This document shows, one piece after another, positions 38,433 through 51,370 of a stretch of 64,000 bases of DNA; the stretch's first letter is position 1, and each line of letters starts with the position of its first letter. The notes beneath the pieces are model-generated. The model was not told where the DNA came from. It saw nothing but the letters and a program-made list of their open reading frames with translations, and made no database searches. The DNA is taken from NCBI RefSeq assembly GCF_006345805.1, contig NC_043009.1, forward strand, positions 50,716,001 through 50,780,000, written 5' to 3'. Source of the DNA: Octopus sinensis. Taxonomy: Eukaryota. A program made the translations under genes and the position numbers.

Positions 38433-39150
38433 TGAAGGCACGTACTTAATGGTGGCGGCGAGCTGGCAGAAACGTTAGCACGCCGGGCGAAATGCGTAGC
38501 CGTAATTCGTCTGCCGTTACGTTCTGAGTTCAAATTCCGCCGAGGTCGACTTTGCCTTTCATCCTTTCGGGGGTCGATAAAGTAAGTACCAGTTACGCAC
38601 TGAGGTCGATGTAATCGACTTAATACCTATGTCTGTCCTTGTTTGTCCCCTCTATGTTTAGCCCCTTGTGGGTAATACAGAAATACGTATTTCGTATGCC
38701 GTTACGTTCTGAGTTCAAATTCTGCCGAGGTCGACTTTGCCTTTCTTCCTTTCGGGATCGATAAAGTAAGTACCAGTTACGCACTGGGGTCGATATAATC
38801 GACTTAATCCGTTTGTCTGTCCTTGTTTGTCCCCTCTATGTGTTGCCCCTTGTGGGTGGAGTAAAGAAATAGGTATTTGACTCTTGATCGTAAGGTCAGG
38901 AATTCGATTACTGTCGGCGCGTTGTGCCGCCCTCGAGTAAGACACTTTATTTCACGTTGCTCCAGTCCACTCAGCTGGCAAAAATGAGTGGTACTTGTAT
39001 TTCAAAGGGTCAGCCCTGCCACATTTTGTGTCATGATGAATCTCCCCGATAACTACGTTAAGGGTACGCGTGTCTGCGGAGTGCACGTTAATTTCACGAG
39101 CAGGCTGTTCTGTTGATCGAATCAACGTCGTGACCGACGGAGTGCCAATT
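38433..39150 (+). mobile_element. SINE family E with a B-SINE dimer (38452-38871) inserted in its head
   Basis: GAAGGCACGTACTTAATGGT precedes B. GGTATTTGACTCTTGATCGTAAGG resumes after B and continues to ACCGACGGAGTGCC. Confidence 0.85.
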
Positions 39151-39705
39151 AATAGGTTACATACACATAACAATCCCAGCTGTAGAACCAAGATTGAAAG
39201 TACTCAATATCTAAAGTTTCTTCTCAGCTGAGAATGTCCCCTCAAAGAGAGAAAGAAAGAAAAAACGGAATATAACTGAACAGATTCCGTGAGTGTATGC
39301 GTATATGCGTACACATACAGATGCACATGTCTGCTCTTTCATTTTCCAATGGGTTTAAAATGCAAGGATAATATACTGAAGCTTCAACGCAACTCTTGTT
39401 TCTCTTTAGTTTCACTTCAAGATTTCTGCACTGTCAGTTCCAAGTACCTTTTATACCCTTTTCTCTGCTCGTGAGCTGCATCGATAGTCGGGCAACTGAC
39501 ACTGGTGTTGTTTCCCCTGCTTCTATGTTCTTGTTGGTGCAACACACACACACCTTTAATATCCGGTGACACGCCCGTATGATTGTAAATAAGCTTCCAG
39601 AAAATAATGAACTATTGTATATATATACAATACAATATTTTTCTCTCGTTAGTATACCTAAACGCACACACATCGTGGGAAATATTATGCTTATTCATGA
39701 CATTA

Positions 39706-40065
39706 TTCGGATCTTTTCCTTTTGTGTCAACACAATTTCTAGTTAACTAAACACTTTTAAACTTCGTATACTGGTAGAATGTGTTTATAAAACATCATTT
39801 TTTCTTGGCTTTATTGAGAAAATTCTATAGTTTGTAACATATTTCCACTTTAAAATCGAGCATTTCGGCAATTTTAACCAATCAAATACGTCCATTTGGA
39901 GTGAAAACATACCATGCTGTATGAATATGTTCCTCGTTTAAGAAACAGATTGGGTTTATTTACATTTGCGAAGAAAAAGATACCCTTCCCCCACCCCTAA
40001 CCATAACCATAACCATAACCATAACTCTAAACCTAACACTAAAATAGATTGAAATGCAATAGATC
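39706..40065. mobile_element. Partial inverted copy of the TTAGGG-containing MITE
   Basis: Reverse-complement similarity to 30900-31275; repeats here read (TAACCA)n. Confidence 0.8.
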
Positions 40066-40498
40066 GCATTATTCCTACATTACCGGTAATCAGAATTATA
40101 TATACAGTAAATTATAACCATTTGAAATATTCAAACACACTTTAGGTCAGAACAGCAGAGGTACATACAAAATAAGTAATCTTATAACCACCCAATATTT
40201 TCATATACACAATCAGATATAAATTGAGTTACATTAGATATTCATATTCTAGGTCAATTTCGTCGTGTGACGTGCGATGTCAATCTCTTGAAGTCTATCG
40301 CGTACGACTTTAGTCTCTCTCGTCTTGTAACGTACGTCAGTATGAGCGAAAAAAGAAAATGACGAATCTAACTTTTCGTCGATTTTCTGATAAAATTACA
40401 ACTCTTTGGTGATTTCTCACACATTTTGTAACTAGGTGCAAAATCACGTGATGTTATGACGTTGTATTTCTGCATACTTTCACGCATACAATTTAGTA

Positions 40499-40875
40499 TC
40501 TCTCTCTATATAAACGGCAGTTTGTCTGTGCGTGTTTCTGTGTGTCTGTTTTCTCGTACCCTCACCCTGACCACGGCTTTCAACCGATTCTGATAAAACT
40601 TGACACACACATAGCCCAATGTCATAATTCAAAACTAACGCAGCGAAAATTTTGAAAAGTTCCCCCAGTTCTGAAAAAAATCGATAAATTCGACATGGGG
40701 TCGAGAATAAAAAAAAACAAACCACAGACTGTCTAGGGGACGCAACTCAACCTTTTATTACTCTCAAAAAAAAAATTTACCATCATTTTTTTTCCATTTT
40801 TTGGCTATAACTCTCTAAAAATGCTTTATAGTTATTTCCCTTACAAACCTGAGCAACGCCGGGCGATACTGCTAG
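40499..40875 (+). mobile_element. Non-autonomous Helitron, 377 bp
   Basis: 5' TC after A; subterminal GC-rich hairpin-like CCTGAGCAACGCCGGG (~40848-40863); 3' CTAG followed by T; no TSD. Confidence 0.82.
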
Positions 40876-41820
40876 TCTTTATTGGAAACTGAAGATGTCT
40901 ACTCAGTAAACGAAATTGTCACGTAACTTCAGCCATAAAACGCGATATTGGTTATTTTATACATGGACAAAAATAGATACTCCTCTCTCACGCCCCACAG
41001 AAAGTAACCTTTTCTATCTAAATCGTTCGTTTTCGCTTTATATCAGTTCGGAGAGAGATGTTAAAGAAAGATTTTAGTTACTAATAATTTTTATGGTCTT
41101 TTCCTTTCCAAGCCTGGCAATGGAATATAGATTTGATATATTAAAAAAAAAAAGGAAAGAAAACATTTTTTTTTTTTTTGCTGAAGACATTCCAGTTTGA
41201 GAAGAGTGAAGTATGAAAAAAAAAAAAAGAGGTGGAGTTTTATCCGTAATCATTTTCTAAATGACAAATTGCATGTGTTTGTACATGTATGTGTGTGAGT
41301 CAGAGAATGTGTTTGGGTGATGCAATACGACGTGGTAGAGGGAATAATAGAGGTGAGGTTACAATCTGTTTAACTCATTTGCATCAAACCATAACGATTA
41401 TTTTCTCCCGAGCAGAAAAGTTTTATATACCAAGTCCATGAGTATACGTTGTTTTTTTTTTTTTATATATAATCCAGTTCTTATATCCTTTTTTTTTTTG
41501 TGAAACGTATCCCCAATTCTGACAGAAAAGAAAGGCTGGACCTATAAGCGGATAAGTATTTTGTAATATAAAGAAAAGAAAATAAACACAAGGAAACCTG
41601 TAAAGGCGCGAGAGTTTGCAGGCGGTAGCTAAGTTCATTTCGTCTAACATTCTAGGTTTATTTACTTCAAACCACAACCTGATTTCCTTCAGTTTACTGC
41701 GTTTTCCTTTTACATTTTGATAATACGCTAAAACATCTTGAACGCGTTACACACACACAGAGTATTTGTGACGATGACAATGTGTATGTTTTATTTCAAT
41801 GCCTGATACTGCATCAGGGC

Positions 41821-41836
41821 ATTATTATTATTATTA

Positions 41837-41891
<55 letters not shown>
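41821..41891. repeat. (ATT)n microsatellite
   Basis: Direct. Confidence 0.95.
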
Positions 41892-41892
<1 letters not shown>

Positions 41893-43545
41893 TTAAGATT
41901 GTTTTGACAAATTAGAAAACAACTTTTTGAAGCCGTGACACAGAATGGAAACTGATGTGATTTAGCCATCTCTCCGTGCCACCACGATTAGATATTTTCT
42001 TTCTTTTACCCAATTCGCTAATTAAAAGACAAACACAATGAGTGACTTGTTTCAAAGTGCTCGTATGAAGCACATGGCTATCTGCGCATGCACACACACA
42101 CAGACTCCGATTATGTTACTGAACCTTGGTTAAGACTTTACACGGCAGATTTGCAGGTCAGTTTACCGTCACAACGCATTGTTCATTGCCAATGCCACCA
42201 GTGGTGATAAAATAGAATAAATAAATAAAAACGACAGACAATAATCAGGATTTAAAATGCCCAGAGAGTACTTAAATATGCGACCAGACAGCCGGGGTAT
42301 CACATCACTTGCAGCATTATTATAAAATTACCATCAGTATCATCATTACTACTATTTCGTAATAAAGCCATTTACAGATATAACTCCTACAGTTTCGTTT
42401 CCCGTTGGGCTTCAGACATGGTGGAACTAAGAATGTTTCCGAAGAATAATTTGGAAACAAGTAAGCTGTGGCAAGCTTTTGAATACATATTGCAAACGCA
42501 CATCTTCCGTTATTCTAGTCATACATAAGACAGCGCTAATTGCTAGAAACAACACTTTCATTAGAAAACTAACATGTTAGCATACAAAGTATGAAAAAAC
42601 GTATATGACACGAACTCATTGTAAGATTTATCGATTTCTACTACGGCAAAAAAAAAGTTACTAATAAAGATAATTTCATCATACCGTATAAATATATTAT
42701 GCTCAAGTACATATCTTGGGAAATATATTGCACGCTTATGCAGCAACATAATATTGTTATACGAAGTTATGTATGTAATAGGCAGATGATATACGCAACA
42801 TACTAATATCTTTGTGTACGCATGTACAGACATTCTAACAAAACCAGGCAAAATTCCATAGTTACTTGCCAAGATTCTTTTAATAGATTAGCAACGAGAT
42901 TGAAAACCATTACTTTTGGAAGTTAACGCCAAAGTATTTAAACTCAACTAGTATATCTATGTCAAAAGCAACTCGACTTAATTCTAAATTCAAACATTTT
43001 TTTTAAAGTAAATTTACAGTCTTTTCGTGAACACAGAGACTTAAAGAAAGCAACTAACAGCAACAAGTTCACTTATTCAAAATATAATGCATCTTATCTT
43101 TTTTTCAGATTCAAAGAGCAAAAAGATATAAAAGCTAAAATGTGCTAACTGATATCTCCCATCTTTATTTTCGTAGACTGCTAAGATACTAAACCAGTAA
43201 TATAAATGAGCCAAAAAAAAAAAAAAAAAATGATAAAAAGGAAAAAAGAATTAAAGAGAATTATTATCCTAATGCTTAATTGGATACGTTATGAACTACC
43301 AAACTGATGAAGAGCAAATTTTCTGGAAGAAAATTAAGACGATTTTCGGAAATAAAATCTCGTAAGTCAAATCGGAAACGGCTATATTAATATGCCTCAA
43401 CATATGGAAATGGTATATTTTAAAGAGAAACATTTTTATTGGTCTCTTTCGGTATTAAAACTCAAATGAAGATAATTAACCAGACACGAGTTCATGATCC
43501 AATGTGTTTAGGAAAGAATGACTTTGACAAGAAAAAACACACATA

Positions 43546-43640
<95 letters not shown>

Positions 43641-44312
43641 GTGTGTGTGTACACATACACACAAACACTGAAATCGAGCGCTCTCTATGTAGAAAACAAA
43701 GAACTTCTAAATTTGTGGGAGATTGTGTTTATATATCATGAAATCGCAACAAAAGCAGCAATCCCAGTCTATTGGCGCCTAAAAAGAAGGCGTAGAATTG
43801 TCTATCATTAAACTGACTGGGTTTATAACAAAAACAAAACCTCAACAGCTGCCAAACTTTCGCTTCATTTCGTTTTAATACGCTCTTATTTTTAGACAGA
43901 CAACAGTGCTAAATAGCAGGCAAAGGAAAACTAGCAAAATGAAACCGGCCAAAGTTGACCCAAAAGATCACAAGGGAAAATAGCATAAATACACATGTAG
44001 AAGAATTGTGTGGTGGTTTCGTGAATCCAAGCTAAGTAAAGTAATTACATCACAAAGGAATCAACTGAAAACGACAACAAAAACCAATAAAGATATATAA
44101 AAAAAAATTTGATTTCTATTCCATTCTATAACCTCTGTTGCCCATGTCTTTATCCTTCGAGTATTTCCTAAAACAGTTGGTAAAATGCCGAGTTTTCTAG
44201 AGGTGAAAAGGTAAAAGAGAAACCGATTTGGTTGGTCTCTGAATGCTTCAGAATAATTCGACACTAAATTAGCGTATCTGTAAATAAATTGGCTAAATTC
44301 GAGAGAGAGAGA

Positions 44313-44352
<40 letters not shown>

Positions 44353-44704
44353 GAGAGAGAGAGAATATGTGTGCTGCGTGACTGTATGAAAGATGGAGGT
44401 GTTAAATGCATCAGAGAGCTAGAAAGAATATTGGAGGTTAAGAGGTGGATAATAGTTTGTGTGTGTGTATATATATATATATATATTATACACACGCATA
44501 ATGTTTGTGTGGAAATAGGCTTCAAGTTCTCTCTAGTAAAGAATGGAAATCTTCGATTGTTGATCCAATGTTGGCAGCTAACAGGTTCATTTCTGTCTTT
44601 CCAAGACAACAACAAAAATCATTTTTAGAGGGTACATATAGAAATTGACTTATCCAAGGGATTCAGTATTATTATAAAAGAAGAAAAAAAACATTACATT
44701 TACA

Positions 44705-44706
44705 AG

Positions 44707-44753
<47 letters not shown>

Positions 44754-45098
44754 ACTCTTAAGTAAACGAATATTTATCACGCATATTCAGTCGATTTATC
44801 ATTCGCATATTGCAAAGGGGAGTTGGCATAATGCCCATTATCTGTTGAACAACAAGGAGAGGAAGGGGGAAATTATCATCAAATACAACTGCAAAATAAT
44901 GAAAAAGAACACACACACACACACCACACACACACACACACACTTACTCTTAGTAAACGAATATTTATCACGCATATTCAGTCGATTTATCATTCGCATA
45001 TTGCAAAGGGGAGTTGGCACAATGCCCATTATCTGTTGAACAACAAGGAGAGGAAGGGGGAAATTATCATCAAATACAACTGCAAAATAATGAAAAAG

Positions 45099-45130
<32 letters not shown>
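44705..45130. repeat. Tandem duplication of a ~190-bp unit bounded by (CA)n
   Basis: CTTACTCTTA...GAAAAAGAA repeated at ~44751-44908 and ~44943-45099. Confidence 0.92.
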
Positions 45131-45133
<3 letters not shown>

Positions 45134-47715
45134 CAATTATATTAAACCGAAGAGATTCTATATTTGTCCAATTGTCAAGTCTGAATCGATGGATTTGGTC
45201 AAACCAATAACAAACTTTACAGATCGGTTATCTTTTTGTGTATCTTGTCAGGGAGTTAACAAGATAAACAGCTTAAATTCTCTACCTCATCCGTACTGAC
45301 ATTGCTAACGAACGGTATGACGTTGTCCGTCACAAACATTGAGGAAGATTTTTATCAATTTTAGACACCAGCAATTGATAAAGTAACTATATATGCTTCA
45401 CATAAATTTTCTACTGCGATCGCACGCGGGGGTGCATTAAAAGGCCACAGAGAAGCTTTGTAAGAAGAAGATAGAAGCTCTTTCAATGTTTTGTTTTAGT
45501 AGCATGGGTGGGCAAATAGATATGAATTCACCCCACCACCTACGGTTACCTTAAAGACTAATTAGCTGTACAAGATGGCGACATATGATTCGGGCGAGGT
45601 CTCGATTTAGCACGGTGGATGAACAGACAGAAAGATCTCGCCTTCCAAAACCTAATTAAAGTTACAGTTTAGCCAACTCTGACCGTTCGTTCGCCTGAGA
45701 AACAAGTGATTGGTTTAAATAAACAAAGACTTGACATTACAGCTTCTTAAGTCAATAATCACAGACAGCAAGTATCTAAAGTAAGGACAAGAAGGACAAA
45801 GAAGAGAGATTAGAATCGATTAACTCGATCCATATATATGTGTTATGAAAGGATAACAGAAAACTTGGGTGAGATTTGAACACAAGATTTCTTAGAAAGA
45901 AGTACTGAACTTAATACTTTTTGATCCTGGTCAACACTAATCAAAATATTTATAATTGCATTAATACCGGTCTTCCTTTTCAATTTATTTTTTATTTTTT
46001 CACAGAGAGCGCATCTGTACGTTATAAAATGTGTTACTGTTCTTCAAGTCAGTGCAGCGCAAAGACACTCGTTGTATCGTCTGAAAACATGCTTTTTTAT
46101 GGAGGCAACAATCCAGAGATGTAGTTTCCATTAGTTACATTAGGGACAAGAAACATACGTACAAGGACGAGGCAATGATTTCAAAATGCTCCCTTGTGGA
46201 ATCTACTCAAGAATTAGCGCTGCCCAACTCCAGTAATCTGATATGATAATTTATAACCTATGCGCATAGGGAGGTGAGAAGAAGATTAGAGAGTAAATTA
46301 ATGAAGTGAATCAACGAGAATTTGTCACCACATCATAATACTGGCTTGCGTCAGGAATCCCTAATGATATATATATATCTATATAAATATATATATATGT
46401 ATGTATATATATATATATTGTACAGTACTGCGTCTTAAGAAGTACAAGAGTGGTCAGTAAGCTCGATTTTATTATATTTCACTTCTAATTTTCTTCATTT
46501 ATGTAAGATGGAAAAAAAAAACCCTTTTTTCTTTAACCGTTTGGTGAGGAAGAGAAAAGCTGCGCCCATAGCCGATTTCTTCAGCACCTCTGTGACATGG
46601 GAGGGAAGAAGTTATTTTTATACCCGACAACTAACACGAATGCTAACAGCAGAGTGAACTCTGCCAAAGTCACTCAAGGACCAGGTAGTTGTGGTGGTGG
46701 TGATAAACAGGGTGGTGAATTAAGTGTATCACCTAAGAGCCCAGAACACAAGAGACAGAACAAACAAGACTATCTCGCCCGACGCTCTAACAATTCTACA
46801 TTCTGCCAATCAATCCATCGCTTTGGACTGGCACCTTTTTTTTTATCGACCCCGAAGGAACGAAAAGCAGAGGTGACATGGGTGTGATTTGACATTAAAG
46901 CGCAGTAATTCAGAACACGAACCACAAATATCCTTACACTGTAACGATTCTGCCTGATGTGATTTGAACTAATATAAACCAGATAGCATTCTCTTATCTT
47001 TACTTTTTGCATCACGTTAATAAAACAGCTAAATTGGAATGCCGAAGAAATATAATCGCGTGCTTTGTTTAGTTTATAAATATCGCTTGCAAAATGATAG
47101 GTTTTTCCTATGTTTTCCAATTAAATAATTACGTTTGTCGTAATGATAGTGATGAAAATAACACGGACATCTATGTACAAAGCGAATATCTAATAACTAA
47201 TTCAACTAGAAATATAATAATATCAATAGTTTACCGAAAGTTTTCTGGGTTTGGCGCGAACTTTACACTTCCATAACATAACCGTATCAACTTGATTGAA
47301 ATGACAATTAAAGAGAACAATTAACATAGTTTGGGAGTGTGTAAAGTGCTGCATTAATAAATTTTGTTAACGTCTGAAAATGGATCTCTTCTATGTGTAG
47401 TGTAATTCAAACTACAGCTGTCGAATCTCTTTACGAGACAAAGCCTTAAATCATTGACAAAGTTCAGTTGAAATTTGAGGCACAAACTAAAGATTTCAGA
47501 TAATTTTAGGAAGAAAAACTTGAAAGGATAAATGAAGCTATTGATATTTATTTATAGGTGTTTTTTCCTGTCTGTCAAAAACATAAACTCTATTGTAAAA
47601 ACGATGAATCTTTACGCTAAGTCAACCCTAAAAAAAAGACACATAGCAATCCTATATAAGATATTGCAACTTATTTTCCGTTTTATTTAATCTATTTTCA
47701 ATGAAATTGAACAAT

Positions 47716-47791
47716 ATCAAATGTTTGTCTCCTAAAGAGAAGTCGAATACGCAATCAAATGTTTGCCTCCTAAAGAGAAGTCGAATACGCA
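47716..47791. repeat. 38-bp tandem duplication
   Basis: ATCAAATGTTTG(T/C)CTCCTAAAGAGAAGTCGAATACGCA x2. Confidence 0.9.
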
Positions 47792-48188
47792 AATTTAAGA
47801 CTCCAGAAATCACTCCTAAGTAGAGTACCAGAGTTGTGTGACTAAACCAAAACTCTGTTATTCAGCGTCAGAGAGACAACTTTCGGATCAGGCGAACAAT
47901 TTTCACCTATTTTATCAGCAACACAGAATATAAGAATATCACTGCTACTGAAATAATAAATTTCCAATTCAGAACTCAGAATTACGTGTGTGGTGTGTGT
48001 GTGTGTGTGTGTGTGGTGGAGCTTGCACACAGTCTCCAGCAATCAAATTCATTTACAGAGCATTGGTTAACAAGGAACTATTGCAGAAAACACTTTCTCA
48101 AGATGCTGCACTGTAGCTGTGAACCCAGAACCACATGGTTACGAATCTAAGTATAGAAAAGAGGCATACTTACATCTATCTATCTATC

Positions 48189-48419
48189 TATTTCTTTACT
48201 ACCCACAAGGGGCTACACACAGAGGGGACAAACAAGGACAAACAAACGGATTGAGTCGATTATATCGACCTCAGTGCGTAACTAGTACTTATTTAATCGA
48301 CCCCGAAAGGATGAAAGGCAAAGTCGACCTCGGCGGAATTTGAACTCAGAACGTAGCGGCAGACGAAATACCGCTAAGCATTTCGCCCGGCGTGCTAACG
48401 ATTCTGCCAGCTCGCCGCC
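48189..48419 (-). mobile_element. Full-length SINE family B inserted in a (TATC)n microsatellite
   Basis: B copy with TATC repeats on both sides (48175-48190, 48421-48476). Confidence 0.92.
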
Positions 48420-48477
<58 letters not shown>

Positions 48478-48495
48478 GTGTATGTATGCATGTGA

Positions 48496-48542
<47 letters not shown>

Positions 48543-49459
48543 GTGTGTGTGTGTGTAAGTGTGTTTACGCGTATGTGTGTGTGTGTATTAAATATATATT
48601 AAATATATTAAAATTGGCAGCAACCCATGAAAGACAGTTTTATAATTCATTTATGAATGTAAATTTTATATCAACTTGCCAAATAAATGGTCAACAAAAG
48701 TCATCCTTCTCAGTTCTTTATATAACAAACGCACACACATAGGTAGATAGATAGATACACTGATTCCATATGTCCACACTAGATTTATGGTCGAGTGGTT
48801 GACCATAATACACATAACCTTTTCAAAATACTTTCCTTTGTAACCGTGAAAAGACTGCTTTGTTATTAAGTATTGAAAATAATTTAATGAAAGCCAACAA
48901 CAGTAGATAAACGGTAACGCAAACGATCTAATGTTCGAAAGTTACTGCGGTTAGAGGTGGAGTAAGAGTTATGGTGACGAAATAAGTAGTTTTGGAGACA
49001 ATATAGACAAGAGCAACGTTATTTTGAAAAGGAAAAAAAATGTGGGTGGTGGGTGAAATGAGGGTTATCAACAGGAAAAAAAAAAAAAACTGATTTTTAT
49101 CTGAAATGACTAAGCCTCATATTGAAAAGCCTTAAATAGTTTTTCCCCCCAAAGTCAGTTACATCTCCACTATCACAGATAACAACTGAACTAAAACAAA
49201 AGATTTTTTAAGAAAAAAAAAAAATGAAAGAACATTGTTTCGCTAGCATTGTTTTTCTCTCATTTGAATTATGGATGATGTGTTGCAACGATACCTTTTT
49301 GAGAGGGCGATGTCGGTTATGACTCATGTATGGTACAATGCCGCGAGTAATCACATGCTGAGATGAGGGTAGAACCTTGTGCCTGATGTCGTGGTGGGTA
49401 GGATGGAGCGAGAGTTTTTAAAAAAAGAGGCACTGAGTGCAATAAAGAATGAATGACTG

Positions 49460-49460
49460 C

Positions 49461-49518
<58 letters not shown>

Positions 49519-49880
49519 TATATACATATATACATATATAGAGAGAGTAATATACATATAATATATTATATATACATATATATATACATATATATATATA
49601 CATATATTATATATACATATATATCATATAATATATATACATATATATAAGTACATATATATATATTATATAGAGGTAATATACATATATATATATAACA
49701 TATTATATATACATATTATATATATATAGATATATATATATAATATACATACATATATATAATACATATATATATACACATATTATATACAATATATATA
49801 TACATATATATATATATAATATATATACACATATATATATACATACACTATATATATTATATATATCATTATATATACAC

Positions 49881-49929
<49 letters not shown>

Positions 49930-49967
49930 TATATACACAGATATATATATATACACAATATATATAT

Positions 49968-50020
<53 letters not shown>

Positions 50021-50030
50021 AGAGAGAGAG
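49460..50030. repeat. Long degenerate (TA)n/(GA)n low-complexity tract
   Basis: About 570 bp, almost entirely AT dinucleotide variants. Confidence 0.95.
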
Positions 50031-50534
50031 AGAGGAGGAGGAGGATAAGAGAAAGAGAGTATCTAACGTCAGGTAATGTGTTGTCTGTTGCATGTTCTGG
50101 AATATTATTTAGATTTTAGGAAACATGTTGAGTAAAGTGGAGTGCGTATGTGTGTATGTATGTGAAGTACTCGATGGCAGAGTGGGCGGCAATCTCATTC
50201 AGCTTTATACTAATTAGAAACGAGACTTACTTTAAATGCAAATTGCAAATCTAATAAAGCTCAAACACGATATTTAATTGTTTGTTTAATTCAGATTTCA
50301 CATAAGAGGAGAAAGCGCAAGAGAAAAATATTCTCCGAATTTGAATAAAAAAAAAAAATAGAGACAACGACGATGATGATGATGTTGATGATGATGTCAC
50401 GAATATCAGAGACAGATTCATCACCATGATCCAACCGCGACTACAATGTCGAGTGTTTAGATCCTTTTTAGCCTAAGTCAGGTCCGACTGAGCAGATTTG
50501 CGGTGAACGATGTTCCAGCATTGACTATTCTTTT

Positions 50535-50741
50535 ATTCTTTTACTGGTTTCAGTCATTTGATTGCGGCCATGCTGGAGCACCGCCTTTAGTCGGACAAAT
50601 CGACCCCCAGGACTTATCCTTTGTAACCCTACTACTTATTTTATAAGTCTCTTTTGCCGAACCGCTAAGTAACGGGCACGTAAACACCAACATTGGTTGT
50701 CAAGCGATGGTGGGGGTCTAACTCAAACACACACACACACA

Positions 50742-50810
<69 letters not shown>

Positions 50811-51002
50811 TATACATATATATATATATATATATATACGACGGGCTTCTTTCAGTTTCCGTCTACCAAATCCACTCACAAGGCTTTGATTGGCCCGAGG
50901 CTATAGTAGAAGAAACTTGCCCAAGGTGCCATGCAGTGGGACTGAACCTGGAAACATGTGGCTGGGAAGCAAGCCTCTTACCACACAACCACTCCTACAC
51001 CT
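50535..51002 (-). mobile_element. SINE family A with expanded internal (CA)n(TA)n
   Basis: Reverse-complement copy. Confidence 0.88.
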
Positions 51003-51019
51003 ATATATATATTTACGAT

Positions 51020-51324
51020 TACCTAGTTAGGGGTATTCGGCTCACGATCGTAAGATCTTGAGTTCGATTCCCGGTAGGGAGATGTATCCCTGAGCAAGAA
51101 AGACACTTTATTTCCCGTTGCTCCCGTCCATTCAGCTGGTAAAAACGAGCAGTACCTGTATTTCAAAGGGCCAACTTTGCCACATTCTGTTTCCCGCTGG
51201 GTCTCTCTGAGATCTACGATCAGGGTACGCGTATCTGTAGAATACTCAGCCACTTGCACGTTGATATTACGAACAAGCTGTTCCGTTGATCGGATTAACT
51301 GGAATACTCGTCATTGTAAGCGAC

Positions 51325-51327
<3 letters not shown>
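51020..51327 (+). mobile_element. SINE family E (diverged, full length)
   Basis: GTTAGGGGTATTCGGCTCACGATCGTAAG...GTTCGATTCC head; 3' module shared with family D. Confidence 0.82.
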
Positions 51328-51370
<43 letters not shown>

